Shown: positions 44,059 to 54,948 of the stretch, one piece after another
Position numbering within the stretch: position 1 is the first letter of the stretch
Layout: each line of letters opens with the position of its first letter
Assembly: GCA_003216535.1 (NCBI GenBank)
Contig: QCIS01000002.1
Coordinates: 157,774-221,773 of the forward strand
DNA: 64,000 nucleotides
Reading direction: 5' to 3'
Origin: Prochlorococcus sp. AG-402-N08
GTDB lineage: Bacteria; Cyanobacteriota; Cyanobacteriia; PCC-6307; Cyanobiaceae
Position numbers and translations under genes: made by a program
Notes under the pieces: generated by a model
Database searches by the model: none
Seen by the model: the letters and a program-made list of their open reading frames with translations, nothing else
What the model was told of the DNA's origin: nothing

Positions 44059-44379
44059 TTACCATTTTAATAAATTAAAACTTTCCATATCTACAGTCAC
44101 CCTATTTCTGTAAAGAGATAATAATATAGCTAATCCAACAGCTGCTTCTGCGGCAGCAACAGTGATAACAAAAATGGTAAAAACTTGTCCTTGAATTAAA
44201 TTATTATCAATATAGGAAGAAAATGCCATCAAGTTTATATTTACTGCATTGAGCATTAATTCAATGCTCATGAGAACTCTGACTGCATTTCTGCTATTTA
44301 ATAATCCCCAAATACCAATACAGAATAGTGCTGAAGATACTATTAAATAGGCTTGAATAGGAATTGATTCTAAACTCAT
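44059..44379 (-). CDS. ndhE: NDH-1 subunit 4L (E)
   Basis: [28 protein letters not shown]. Confidence 0.95.
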   Translation of the reverse strand: MSLESIPIQAYLIVSSALFCIGIWGLLNSRNAVRVLMSIELMLNAVNINLMAFSSYIDNNLIQGQVFTIFVITVAAAEAAVGLAILLSLYRNRVTVDMESFNLLKW

Positions 44380-44397
44380 AATAAGAAAGTTGAAAGG

Positions 44398-44997
44398 TTA
44401 ATTTTTATTGGTAAGTAGTGGTTCTGAAGATTTTTCAATTAACTCTTGATCAACAGGTAATCCAGTGGAAATATCCTTGGTCATTACATCTCTTCTAGCT
44501 AAAACAATAGCCCCAATCATTGCCATTAAAAGTAAAACTGAAGCCAATTCAAATGGGAGTAAATAATCACTAAATAGATGTTCACCAATTCTGATAGTTG
44601 ATTCTTCTCCTATTGAGTTTTGAGGACTTGATAGGCTCCATACATTGGTCAAGTCAACTCTTATTAAGAGGCTTAGTAGGGTTAAGCATATTGATGTTGA
44701 TATTATTCTTCTCGATTTAATGTCATTAATAGGTTTTAAATCTTCTTTTTTATTGACTAACATTATTGCAAAAATTATTAATACATTAACTGCACCCACA
44801 TAAACTAAAACTTGTGCTGCAGCCACAAAACTTGCATTTAAAAGAAGATATAATCCTGCCACACTCATGAAAACCCCCCCTAGAAGAAAGGCTGAATAAA
44901 CAATACTTTCGAGCAATACAACACCAAGTGCTCCAATAAGGATAATTAAAGAAAGAACTGTAAAACAAATAATTTGAGTTGTTATTGCAATGGACAT
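44398..44997 (-). CDS. ndhG: NDH-1 subunit 6 (G)
   Basis: QVLVYVGAVNVL, YLLPFELAS, GAIVLARR. Confidence 0.95.
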   Translation of the reverse strand: MSIAITTQIICFTVLSLIILIGALGVVLLESIVYSAFLLGGVFMSVAGLYLLLNASFVAAAQVLVYVGAVNVLIIFAIMLVNKKEDLKPINDIKSRRIISTSICLTLLSLLIRVDLTNVWSLSSPQNSIGEESTIRIGEHLFSDYLLPFELASVLLLMAMIGAIVLARRDVMTKDISTGLPVDQELIEKSSEPLLTNKN

Positions 44998-45010
44998 AAA
45001 TTAATGGAAA

Positions 45011-45637
45011 TTAATTGCTTGGATTAGAAACTTTATCATTATTTTCATTGGATACAGGTTTCATCCAATCATAAACTTCTTCCGGTAATTTACCAACTCT
45101 AGTATCTGAAGCAGGGATTTCATGAGGGTCCATGACACCTTTAGGAAGATAGGCAAGTTCTCTTAGAGGTTTAACTGAGGGATCTGTTGTTACGTTTGTA
45201 GGTAACCTGCCAAGTGCAACATTATCAAAATTTAGATTGTGTCTGTCAAAAGTAGCTAATTCGTATTCTTCTGTCATTGATAGACAATTAGTTGGGCAAT
45301 ATTCAACGCAATTTCCGCAAAATATACAAACTCCGAAATCTATTGAATAATTTCTAAGTTCCTTTTTTTTGGTTTCTTTATTCATTACCCAATCGACTAC
45401 TGGAAGATTAATGGGACATACTCTCACACAAACTTCACAAGCGATACATTTATCGAATTCATAATGTATTCTTCCTCTATATCTTTCAGAGGGTATTAAT
45501 TTTTCATACGGGTATTGGACAGTAACAGGTCTTCTTCGAAGATGATCAAAAGTAACTGATAAACCATTATATAAATATTTGCCAGCATTAAATGCTTCTT
45601 TGATATAGCTATTTATTTGTTGAAGGAAATTTTTCAT
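45011..45637 (-). CDS. ndhI: NDH-1 subunit I
   Basis: [12 protein letters not shown] and [12 protein letters not shown] 4Fe-4S motifs. Confidence 0.95.
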   Translation of the reverse strand: MKNFLQQINSYIKEAFNAGKYLYNGLSVTFDHLRRRPVTVQYPYEKLIPSERYRGRIHYEFDKCIACEVCVRVCPINLPVVDWVMNKETKKKELRNYSIDFGVCIFCGNCVEYCPTNCLSMTEEYELATFDRHNLNFDNVALGRLPTNVTTDPSVKPLRELAYLPKGVMDPHEIPASDTRVGKLPEEVYDWMKPVSNENNDKVSNPSN

Positions 45638-45704
45638 TTGAAGAATTTACTTAGTTATTTTATTTTAGTGGATTAATTTTAAATTTAAGTATTTTTACTT
45701 AAGT

Positions 45705-46823
45705 TTAACCACCAAAGAATTGTGGAAAAGCAAGTTTTAATCCTGCAGTTATCAAAAGATTAGCAAGAGAAATTGGAAGAAGAAACTTCCATCCTAGATC
45801 TAATAGTTGATCTATTCTTACTCTAGGAGTTGTCCAACGCAATAATATTGCAATGAAAACTAAAAGATATGCTTTCAATACAGTCATTACAATTCCTATT
45901 GATGCAGTGAAAACTTGTATGAAGGGTGCATCAATTGGCAAATTTAGAAACTTAGCTATTAATTCAACTGGAATAGGAAAACCCCATCCTCCCAAATAAA
46001 GTATTGATACCAATAAAGCTGAAAGTATTAAATTAATGTAACTACCAAGGTAGAACAATGCGAATTTCATCCCTGCATATTCAGTTTGATATCCTGCAAC
46101 TAATTCTTCTTCAGCTTCAGGTAAGTCAAATGGAAGTCTCTCACATTCTGCAAGAGCGCAAATCCAAAAAACTATAAAACCAACTGGTTGTCTCCATATA
46201 TTCCAACTTAGGATTCCAGCACCACTTTGTTGGTTGACAATATCAATAGTACTTAGAGAATTTGTCATTAGTACGATAGCTAGTACAGATAAAGCTAAAG
46301 GAATTTCATAACTTATTGATTGAGCTGCTGCTCTTAAACCTCCTAATAAAGAATATTTATTATTTGATGCATATCCGCTCATAAGAAGTCCAATTGGCTG
46401 GATACTGCTTAAAGAGATCCATAGAAAAATTCCAATACCAACATTACTTATTAAAAGGTTTTGTCCAAAAGGAACTATTAGCCAGGAGAGAATCACTGGG
46501 ACAAGAACTAATATAGGTCCTGCAGTGAAGAGAATTCCATCCGCTTTAGCGGGAATAATATCCTCTTTGACAAGTAACTTAAGACCATCTGCAATTGGTT
46601 GAAGGACGCCAAGCGCTCCTGCATATTCGGGACCAATTCTTTGTTGAGCAGCAGCAGATATTTTTCTTTCAAGCCAAACTGTTACTAAGACCCCAACAAC
46701 TGCCGCTACTAAAACCAAAAGCATAGGTAGAGGCAGCCAAATTATATGAGCGATATCACTAGAAATGCCAAAACCTTTTAAGAATTCATTGAAACTATAT
46801 TCGAGATCTAATCCGTAATCCAA
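45705..46823 (-). CDS. ndhA: NDH-1 subunit 1 (A)
   Basis: [38 protein letters not shown]. Confidence 0.95.
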   Translation of the reverse strand: MDYGLDLEYSFNEFLKGFGISSDIAHIIWLPLPMLLVLVAAVVGVLVTVWLERKISAAAQQRIGPEYAGALGVLQPIADGLKLLVKEDIIPAKADGILFTAGPILVLVPVILSWLIVPFGQNLLISNVGIGIFLWISLSSIQPIGLLMSGYASNNKYSLLGGLRAAAQSISYEIPLALSVLAIVLMTNSLSTIDIVNQQSGAGILSWNIWRQPVGFIVFWICALAECERLPFDLPEAEEELVAGYQTEYAGMKFALFYLGSYINLILSALLVSILYLGGWGFPIPVELIAKFLNLPIDAPFIQVFTASIGIVMTVLKAYLLVFIAILLRWTTPRVRIDQLLDLGWKFLLPISLANLLITAGLKLAFPQFFGG

Positions 46824-46898
46824 AATTTTTGTGTTATTTACTTAATACATTAACTCTTCACAAACAATATGTGTGTTTTTTATGAAAAGCTGCAAATA

Positions 46899-48044
46899 TT
46901 ATTTTCTATTATCTACGCTGATCCAATCTCTTGGTGATGAACCAGTATAGATTTGAGATGGTCTAAAAATTCTATTTGCGCCAAGTTGCTCTCTCCAATG
47001 AGCTAACCAACCTGCAACTCTAGAAATGGCAAAAATTGGAGTAAATAAATCGCGAGGAATACCAAGTTTTCTATATACAAGACCTGAATAAAAGTCCACG
47101 TTAGGGAATATACCCTTAGGGCCAAGTCTTGGTATTGCCTGTGCCTCTAGTGATTTAGCAACTTCATACATTTCATCTGCTCCAAATCTAATAAAAAGCT
47201 CTTCTGCCAGCTTTTGAAGAATAATTGCTCTTGGATCTTTGACTTTATATTCCCTATGACCGAAGCCCATTATTTTACTTTTATTTTTTATCGCGTTATC
47301 TAAAAAAGAAGCAGCATTTTCTGGCGTTTTGATTTCTTCTAACATTGCAATCACATCTTCATTCGCTCCTCCATGAAGCGGGCCAGCAAGGGTACCTACT
47401 GCGGATGCGATGACAGCATATGGGTCTGTAAGAGTGCTTGCAGTCACTCTAGCGCTAAATGTACTCGCGTTTAAACTATGTTCAGCATGTAGTATTAAAC
47501 ACCTATCAAAAACTTTTGCAGCTATAGGATCTTGCTCTTTTTCAGTCAGCATGTAAAGAAAATTTGATGAGTAAGTTAAATCATCACGAGGTTGAATAGG
47601 GTCTTGTCCTTTTCTAATAAGTTGAAAAGCAGCAATCATAGTGGGTATTTTTGCTATTAGTCTTATCACTGCGTTGTAGATGTAATTAGGATCATCTATT
47701 GCTCTACGTGAATAAAAAAGCCCCAAAGAAGCTGCGCTAGATTGAAGAGCGTCCATAGGATGACCTGTCGCAGGGAAACATTTCATCATATCTCTGACTC
47801 TAAAACTTAATCTTCGATGCATCTGAACTTCTTGTTCAAAATCTCTAAGTTGAATAGCTGTGGGTAATTCACCCCAAATCAATAGGTAAGCAGTTTCTAA
47901 AAAACTACTTTTTTTGGATAGTTCCTCAATGGAGTACCCTCTGTACAATAATTTACCTTTGTTGCCGTCAATATCACAGATAGATGAATTTGTAACTGGT
48001 ACACCCTCTAATCCTGGTTTTAAAATTAGTTTCTTACTATCCAA
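46899..48044 (-). CDS. gltA: citrate synthase
   Basis: GLEGV, HAEHSLNAST, GPLHGGANE, GFGHREY, PNVDFYSG. Confidence 0.96.
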   Translation of the reverse strand: MDSKKLILKPGLEGVPVTNSSICDIDGNKGKLLYRGYSIEELSKKSSFLETAYLLIWGELPTAIQLRDFEQEVQMHRRLSFRVRDMMKCFPATGHPMDALQSSAASLGLFYSRRAIDDPNYIYNAVIRLIAKIPTMIAAFQLIRKGQDPIQPRDDLTYSSNFLYMLTEKEQDPIAAKVFDRCLILHAEHSLNASTFSARVTASTLTDPYAVIASAVGTLAGPLHGGANEDVIAMLEEIKTPENAASFLDNAIKNKSKIMGFGHREYKVKDPRAIILQKLAEELFIRFGADEMYEVAKSLEAQAIPRLGPKGIFPNVDFYSGLVYRKLGIPRDLFTPIFAISRVAGWLAHWREQLGANRIFRPSQIYTGSSPRDWISVDNRK

Positions 48045-48168
48045 TTGCTTAATTCAATATCAAATACTTATAGATTAAACATAGTCAAATAATTTTTAAT
48101 TAACCACAAGATATTAACTTCAAAAAATTAAAATGATTGAGGTTGAAGCTTGTTTGAATAAATTTAAT

Positions 48169-48591
48169 TTAAAGAATTTTTAATATTGTTTTTGTATAAA
48201 GAATTGGATTTTTTTCGGGAATAGTTTGTCTTATGATTTCTAGCGATTCTTCATTTGATATTTTTAAAATATTTCTAATGAGAAAATTAAGGTCCTGCAA
48301 ATTAGAAAAATATTCAATTTTATTAGAATTACCATCTTTGATATCAACTTTTGAATAAAGAAAAGCAGATTTATCTTTATTATTTTTTAGGTTAAAAAAT
48401 TTTTTTGATATTTTCTCTAGTTTCTTACCATCAATTAAATAATTACTTATGGTTTGTAAATCTCCTGATTCTATTGAATAGATATTTTCATAAGTTAATT
48501 GTTTTATAACATCGTCTTTTTCTTCAAGAATATCTTTGGAATATATCGAATAGATATCTTCATTTTGTTTCAAAGTATATTTGTTAAAATC
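48169..48591 (-). pseudogene. 3' fragment of a hypothetical gene, apparently 5'-truncated at the junction
   Basis: Frame is open from GAT at 48591-48589 ([12 protein letters not shown]...) with no ATG. The upstream TAA (48594-48592) lies inside mnmE-derived sequence. Confidence 0.6.
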
Positions 48592-48594
48592 TTA
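48585..48594. other. probable rearrangement (inversion) breakpoint
   Basis: Both divergent reading frames are closed by stops within the same 10 nt, with no room for promoters or ribosome-binding sites. Confidence 0.8.
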
Positions 48595-49280
48595 TAGGTA
48601 AAACAAATGTTGGTAAAAGCTCTTTATTAAATTTGCTTGCAAAAAAAGAGAAAGCAATCGTAACTAATATTCCTGGAACAACTAGAGATGTTATTGAAGT
48701 TAATTTAACTATTAATGATATTCCAATGAAAATAATTGATACTGCTGGCATAAGAGAAACTCATGAACAAATTGAAAGTATTGGAATTAAAAAAAGTTTT
48801 GGGAAAATAAAAGAGTCAGATTTTATAATTTATATTTATAGTCTTGAAGAAGGATTTAATGAAGAAGACAAAAAAATAATGCAAGAAATTCCCAAAGAAA
48901 AATTAATTACTATTTTGGGAAATAAAAAAGATTTAATTGATTGCAAAAATATTAATTCAAATGAGTTAAAAAACACAATTCTTATGAGTATTAAGAATAA
49001 TGATGGTGAAAGATTATTAATAGACACAATTATAAAAAAATGCGGATTAAAACAAGTAGAAAATATCAATATATTTTTAAACGAAAGACATCTAACAAAT
49101 TTGTCTGCTTGCTTATCTAATTTAAATGATACTGATGAAATAATTGAAAATAAATTGCCATTTGATTTGTTATCAATTGAGCTGAGAGATGGAATTCAAA
49201 ACTTATCTAAAATAACTGGTCAAGAATTAACAGAGGAACTTCTAGATAATATTTTTTCTAAGTTTTGTATTGGTAAATAA
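48591..49280 (+). pseudogene. mnmE: 3' half of tRNA modification GTPase MnmE/TrmE; N-terminal half missing
   Basis: In frame from 48591: [14 protein letters not shown] (G1), [20 protein letters not shown], terminal FCIGK. In-frame TAA at 48585-48587. Confidence 0.92.
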
Positions 49281-49362
49281 ATTTGAGTTAAATTACATAG
49301 TGATATATAGTTGATTCTCTAACTTCAGTTGAATTTTTATTAATTAATTATTTCTTAGTTTA

Positions 49363-50229
49363 GTGGATTTAAATACTCCAATAATAAGTAAAATCATTGA
49401 TAATTGGATCGATGAAGATATAGGTAGGGGAGATCTTACAAGTTCCTCTATTACAGAAGAAAATGGTAATGCATATTGGATTGCAAAAGAAGAGGGTATA
49501 TTCTGCGGGGTTGAAATTATAAAAGAAATTTTTAGAAAAATTGATTTAAAAATCAGTCCAAAATTTAATATCTCTGATGGAGATCAATTTGTTAAAGATC
49601 AAAAACTCTTAGAAATATATGGGCCTTCAAAAAGTTTGCTAGCTAGTGAAAGAATAAGCTTAAATATAGCAATGCATTTATCTGGAATATCAACATACAC
49701 AAAGAATCTTGTAAATAAGTTAGAAGGTACAAATATAAAATTAGCAGATACTAGGAAAACGACTCCTGGCTTAAGAATATTTGAAAAATATGCATTCAAA
49801 TGCGGAGGTGGAGTCAATCATAGAATGGGATTATACGATGCAGCTATGATAAAAGAAAATCACATTGCATGGACAGATAATCTTAATAATGCGGTAAAAA
49901 AAATTCGACTAAATTCGCCTTTTACAACACATATCATAATTGAAGCTGAGAATATCGAACAGGCAAAAGAAGCAGTATTAGCAGGAGCAGATAGTGTCTT
50001 ATTGGATGAACTTAGCCCTGAAATAATCAAAAAAAATGTTCAAGAATTAAGAGATTTATCAATGAATAGCTTAAAAAAAGAAGTAAATAAAAATTTGATA
50101 ATAGAAGTTTCTGGAATTAACCCTGAAGAAATTAGTAAATATCTAATAAAAGGTATTGATTTGATTTCAACAAGTTCTTCAATTACCAAAAGTAATTGGA
50201 TTGATTTAAGTATGCGTTATATTAATTAA
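49363..50229 (+). CDS. nadC: quinolinate phosphoribosyltransferase
   Basis: EDIGRGDLT, DTRKTTPGLR, HRMGL.D..MIKENH. Confidence 0.95.
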   Translation: MDLNTPIISKIIDNWIDEDIGRGDLTSSSITEENGNAYWIAKEEGIFCGVEIIKEIFRKIDLKISPKFNISDGDQFVKDQKLLEIYGPSKSLLASERISLNIAMHLSGISTYTKNLVNKLEGTNIKLADTRKTTPGLRIFEKYAFKCGGGVNHRMGLYDAAMIKENHIAWTDNLNNAVKKIRLNSPFTTHIIIEAENIEQAKEAVLAGADSVLLDELSPEIIKKNVQELRDLSMNSLKKEVNKNLIIEVSGINPEEISKYLIKGIDLISTSSSITKSNWIDLSMRYIN

Positions 50230-50256
50230 TTATATAGATAAATAATTGAATAATTA

Positions 50257-52071
50257 ATGCTAATCATTTTTAAAGAATTAACAAAACACTTTGAACAAGC
50301 TCTTTTAGATAGTCTTGAAAAAAATAATAAAAAAGGAGAATTCGAAAATCTTAAAAAAAATTTAATTACACAATCATCAAAAGAAGAGTTTGGTGATTAT
50401 CAATGTAATGTTTGTTTAAGTTTATCTAAAATATATAAAAAGAAACCAAGAGAAATCTCTGATGATTTTGTTAATCTTTTAAATAAAAATAAAAGCATAT
50501 TAAAATTATGCAAGAGTCTAGAAATAGCAGGACCTGGATTCATAAATATAAGATTAAAAGATGAAATTCTAATAAATGAAATCAAATCAAATATTCAATG
50601 CCAAAGGGCTGGCATACCTCTAATTAAAAAAAATTTAGATAGTGGTTTATCTAATAAAGTTATAGTAGATTTTTCTAGTCCTAATATTGCTAAAGAAATG
50701 CATGTGGGGCATTTAAGATCAACAATAATAGGGGACTCAATATCTAGAATTTTCGAGTTAAGAGGTTATGAAGTATTAAGACTCAATCATGTTGGTGATT
50801 GGGGAACACAATTTGGAATGCTGATTACTCAGCTCAAAGATTTATATTCAAATGATCTAGAAGAAATAGGAAAGATCAAAATAAGTGATTTAGTTGAATT
50901 TTATAAAGCATCAAAAAAAAGATTTGATAATGAATCTGAATTCCAACAAAGATCTAGGGAGGAAGTAGTAAAATTACAAAGTGGAGATTGTAACTCGATA
51001 GAAGCCTGGAAATTGTTATGTGATCAATCTAGAAAGGAATTTGATGAAATCTATAAAAATTTAAAAATAAAAATAAAAGAGAGAGGTGAATCTTTTTATA
51101 ATCCATTCTTAAAGTCTGTTATTGAGGATTTGAAATTTAAAAAAATACTCATAGAAGACCAAGGAGCAAAATGTGTATTTTTAGATGGTATGACTAATAA
51201 AGAAGGCAAACCTTTACCGCTAATTATTCAAAAAAAAGATGGCGGTTTTAATTATGCCACCACAGATCTTGCTGCTATAAGATATCGATTCAATAAAGCT
51301 CCTAATGGGGATGATGCTTCAAGAATTATTTATGTAACTGATCATGGACAAGCAAATCATTTTGCTGGAGTTTTTCAAGTTGCAAAAAAAGCAAAATGGA
51401 TCCCAGATAATTGTCAAGTAGACCATGTCCCTTTTGGGTTAGTTCAAGGAATTGATGGCAAAAAACTAAAGACAAGAGAAGGTAAAACAATACGGTTAAA
51501 AGATTTATTAAAAGAAGCTGTCAGAAGAGCAAAAGAAGATTTATCGAAAAGATTAGAAGATGAAGATCGTTACGAGAACGAAGAATTTATTGCAAATACT
51601 TCAAGAATTATTGGATTAGGCGCTGTTAAGTATGCAGATTTAAGTCAAAATAGGATTACTAATTATCAATTTAGTTTTGATAAAATGCTTTCCCTTAATG
51701 GAAATACTGCTCCTTATTTGTTATATACACTTGTAAGAATTTTAGGAATTAAAAGAAAAAATGATTTTGTTTATGACTCTAAAGATTTTCAATACATTAA
51801 TTATGATAATAAATCTGAGTGGAAACTTATCAAAAAATTACTTAAGTTCGATGAAGTCATAATCTCTATTGAAAAAGACTTAATGCCAAATAGACTATGC
51901 AATTATCTGTTCGAGCTATGTCAGACTTTTAATAGATTCTATGATCAAGTTCCAATCCTCAAAGAAGAAAAAAATATAAAAATTTCTAGACTTAATTTAT
52001 GTGACCTAACTGCAAAAACACTAAAATTAAGCTTAGAGCTTCTAGGAATTGAAACTTTAGAAAGAATGTAA
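50257..52071 (+). CDS. argS: arginyl-tRNA synthetase
   Basis: [50 protein letters not shown]. Confidence 0.96.
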   Translation: MLIIFKELTKHFEQALLDSLEKNNKKGEFENLKKNLITQSSKEEFGDYQCNVCLSLSKIYKKKPREISDDFVNLLNKNKSILKLCKSLEIAGPGFINIRLKDEILINEIKSNIQCQRAGIPLIKKNLDSGLSNKVIVDFSSPNIAKEMHVGHLRSTIIGDSISRIFELRGYEVLRLNHVGDWGTQFGMLITQLKDLYSNDLEEIGKIKISDLVEFYKASKKRFDNESEFQQRSREEVVKLQSGDCNSIEAWKLLCDQSRKEFDEIYKNLKIKIKERGESFYNPFLKSVIEDLKFKKILIEDQGAKCVFLDGMTNKEGKPLPLIIQKKDGGFNYATTDLAAIRYRFNKAPNGDDASRIIYVTDHGQANHFAGVFQVAKKAKWIPDNCQVDHVPFGLVQGIDGKKLKTREGKTIRLKDLLKEAVRRAKEDLSKRLEDEDRYENEEFIANTSRIIGLGAVKYADLSQNRITNYQFSFDKMLSLNGNTAPYLLYTLVRILGIKRKNDFVYDSKDFQYINYDNKSEWKLIKKLLKFDEVIISIEKDLMPNRLCNYLFELCQTFNRFYDQVPILKEEKNIKISRLNLCDLTAKTLKLSLELLGIETLERM

Positions 52072-53180
52072 TGAATGATTTTGATCCATTAAAAAATCTT
52101 TTCCCAAAACCAAGAGAAGAAATAATAAATATGCAATCTTACTCTGCACCTTTAGAAAATAGAAGAAATTTACTCCGCTTAGACTTTAATGAAAATACTT
52201 TAGGTCCTAGTCCTAAGGTTTTAGAGGCATTACAAGCGATAAAATTAGATGAGATTTCAATTTATCCAGAATATAATTTTTTAAAAAAATTCTTATCTGA
52301 TAAATATCTCGATTCAAGAAAATTTGATATTGATGAAATAGGAATTTTCAATGGAGCAGATGCAGCGATAAATGCAATTTTCAATTGCTTTGGAGAAAAA
52401 GATCAAATATTTCTAACCACAAATCCAACTTTTGGTTACTATTCTCCTTGTGCAGAAATGCGAGGAATGAAGAAAATAAGTTGTTCTTACGTTGGAGAAA
52501 ATTTTCTATTCCCCATCGAAGAATTTAGGAAAAAAATAATAAAGCATAATCCAAAGTTAATATTTATTTGTAATCCAAATAATCCAACAGGAACAGTTTT
52601 AAGCTCCCAAGAGATAATTAACTTAGCTAATATCAAACACGATTCATTAATAATTGTTGATGAACTATATGAAAAATTTAGTGGAGATAGTCTTCTTGAA
52701 TCGATAGATTTTGAAAAGACTAAAAATATACTAATAATCCAATCTCTTTCAAAAACTGCAGGTTTAGCTGGATTAAGAATAGGTTTTACTTTTGGTAATA
52801 AAAGTTTAATTCAGTACATTAATAAAGTTACAGGACCATATGATGTAAATAGCTTTGCTATAACAGCAGCATTAGCTGCACTTAAAGACAAATCATATAT
52901 TGATAAGTATGTTTTGGAAGTAAAAAAAGCAAGGGAATGGATTTTAAATAAATTTAAATCAACAATAATCAGAACTCACTTTAGTGGAGGTAATTATTTC
53001 TTAATTTGGCCAAAAAAAGATTCTAAAATTTTAATACAAGAGATGAGACAAAAAGGAATTCTTATTAGAAGTATGGAAAACAAAAAAGATATTGGTAAGT
53101 CAATAAGGGTTAGTATTGGAACTAAAGAACAAATGATTTTTTTCTGGGAAAATTACAAGTTATTAGATTTAAAAAATTAA
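52071..53180 (+). CDS. hisC: class I/II PLP aminotransferase, histidinol-phosphate type
   Basis: LDFNEN, CNPNNPTG, VDELY, SLSKTAGLAGLRIG. Confidence 0.8.
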   Translation: MNDFDPLKNLFPKPREEIINMQSYSAPLENRRNLLRLDFNENTLGPSPKVLEALQAIKLDEISIYPEYNFLKKFLSDKYLDSRKFDIDEIGIFNGADAAINAIFNCFGEKDQIFLTTNPTFGYYSPCAEMRGMKKISCSYVGENFLFPIEEFRKKIIKHNPKLIFICNPNNPTGTVLSSQEIINLANIKHDSLIIVDELYEKFSGDSLLESIDFEKTKNILIIQSLSKTAGLAGLRIGFTFGNKSLIQYINKVTGPYDVNSFAITAALAALKDKSYIDKYVLEVKKAREWILNKFKSTIIRTHFSGGNYFLIWPKKDSKILIQEMRQKGILIRSMENKKDIGKSIRVSIGTKEQMIFFWENYKLLDLKN

Positions 53181-53902
53181 TTACCGAAGATATAAATTGT
53201 ATTTTGATCTATTCTTTTAGGTTTTATTTGAAAATCTTTTCCAACATACTTTACTTTAAAATCTTTCATATTTTCGATAAATAAATCAGCATTTGAGAAA
53301 TCACATTCTTTATTAATTCTTTTGCCACTTGCAAAGTGAACAGGAATAACTAAATTAGGTTTTAAGATCTTAGCTATTCTTGAGGCTTCTTCCCCATCGT
53401 AAGATTTTATTCCTCCTCCAATGGAAATAAATAAGATATCTGGGCGAGACAAAATAATTTGACTATTAATATCAATATCACCAGCAGCTCCTCCCATATG
53501 AACAATTTTAAGATCATTCTGCTCCCAACTCCAAACAGTTGCCATCCCAAATCTTCTTCCCTCTACTCTGTCATGTGGTACAGAAATTCCATTTAATAAA
53601 ATATCCTCAAATTGATAGATTCCTGGCTCAACAAACATTAATTGATCATTTGGGTTATATCCTTCGTCTGGAAGCCTAGAACTAGCCAAAATAAAATCTA
53701 CGTTGACTTCTTTTGGCTCCTCTAAATTACTTGCACAACCTATTGCTTTAAACGGATTTATAAGAATAGATTTTTCTGCACTATTAATTAAAAAACTACC
53801 ATGTCCCAAACTTTTTATTACTAAATTCCTTGCCAATAATGAGGTAGGTAAAAAGGAGCTAAAGAATATAAAAAAGAAAATATTTTTAATTTGAGAAATC
53901 AT
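53177..53902 (-). CDS. metallo-beta-lactamase-fold protein with degenerate metal motif
   Basis: SLGHGSFLI, INPF, VPHD, VHMG, IPVH. Confidence 0.8.
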   Translation of the reverse strand: MISQIKNIFFFIFFSSFLPTSLLARNLVIKSLGHGSFLINSAEKSILINPFKAIGCASNLEEPKEVNVDFILASSRLPDEGYNPNDQLMFVEPGIYQFEDILLNGISVPHDRVEGRRFGMATVWSWEQNDLKIVHMGGAAGDIDINSQIILSRPDILFISIGGGIKSYDGEEASRIAKILKPNLVIPVHFASGKRINKECDFSNADLFIENMKDFKVKYVGKDFQIKPKRIDQNTIYIFGN

Positions 53903-53922
53903 AAAATTAATTTTTTAGTATT

Positions 53923-54519
53923 TTACTTTTGTTCAGCCATTTTTAGAAAATTACTAATTAATTTATGACCAAATTGTGTTAAAACACTTTCAGGATGGAA
54001 CTGTACCCCATGTAAATGTTTATATTCTTTGTGAGAGATAGCCATAATAGTTGATTCTTCTAAAGTCGCAGTTATCTCAAAACAAGATGGTAAAGAACTT
54101 GAATCAACTATAAGACTATGGTATCTTGTCGCAACAAATGGAGAATCGATATCTTTAAATAATCCTTTTTGATTATGAAATATTTTAGATGTCTTACCAT
54201 GCATAAGTTCTTTCCCAACTACAACCTTACCTCCAAAAGCCTGAGCCAAAGCTTGATGACCTAAACAAACTCCTAATATCGGAATATTTTTAGATAATTT
54301 TTTTAGTATTGGCAGACAAATTCCAGATTGATCTGGATTCCCAGGACCTGGAGATAATAGGATACCACTAGGGTTTAGTTTGATAATTTCTTCTAAAGTG
54401 ATTTCATCATTTCTTTTTACTATTAATTCTTTAGTTATTTCATGCTCAACAGAAAGTTCTCCTAAATATTGAACAAGGTTGTAAGTAAAACTATCGTAAT
54501 TATCAATAACAAGAAACAT
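53923..54519 (-). CDS. anthranilate/aminodeoxychorismate synthase component II (TrpG/PabA)
   Basis: IDNYDSFTYNL, SPGPG, GVCLGHQ, RYHS, QFHPES. Confidence 0.93.
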   Translation of the reverse strand: MFLVIDNYDSFTYNLVQYLGELSVEHEITKELIVKRNDEITLEEIIKLNPSGILLSPGPGNPDQSGICLPILKKLSKNIPILGVCLGHQALAQAFGGKVVVGKELMHGKTSKIFHNQKGLFKDIDSPFVATRYHSLIVDSSSLPSCFEITATLEESTIMAISHKEYKHLHGVQFHPESVLTQFGHKLISNFLKMAEQK

Positions 54520-54531
54520 ATTTATATAGAT

Positions 54532-54942
54532 TTAAAATAACAACTTTATTTTAGGAACAAAGATATATACAGCAATAATAACAGAATGAATTGAAGCTAA
54601 TAATACAGCTCCTGAAGAAGTATCTTTTGAAATTTTAGCCAAACTACTAAATTCTCTTTTCACAACTAAATCAACTATTGATTCAATAGATGTGTTTAAT
54701 ATTTCTAATATTAAAACAGACATAATTGTGGCAATCAGAATTACAAAATCACTTAGACTAATTTGTAGTGAAAAACCAATTATTAAACATGTAACTGCAA
54801 AAATTAATTGAATTTTAAAATTTCTTGAAGTTTTTAATACGTAACTAATTCCACTGAAAGCATATTTAAAACTTTTTAATACATTACTAGAAGTTTTGTA
54901 TGATTCTTTTCTATTTTCTAAAGAGTGTAATTTTTTTTCCAT
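54532..54942 (-). CDS. dgkA: diacylglycerol/undecaprenol kinase family protein
   Basis: SFKYAFSGI, EILNTSIESIVD, AKISKD.SSGAV. Confidence 0.85.
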   Translation of the reverse strand: MEKKLHSLENRKESYKTSSNVLKSFKYAFSGISYVLKTSRNFKIQLIFAVTCLIIGFSLQISLSDFVILIATIMSVLILEILNTSIESIVDLVVKREFSSLAKISKDTSSGAVLLASIHSVIIAVYIFVPKIKLLF

Positions 54943-54948
54943 AGATTT

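Noticed and set aside
48560-48620. Site-specific recombination site or IS end at the junction
   Set aside because: No convincing inverted repeat, target duplication or nearby recombinase is visible; the partner breakpoint is outside the window, so shared repeats cannot be tested
48633-49280. Treating the 215 aa ORF as a complete small GTPase
   Set aside because: The P-loop lies upstream of the called TTG in the same frame, and the C-terminal FCIGK identifies it as a truncated MnmE
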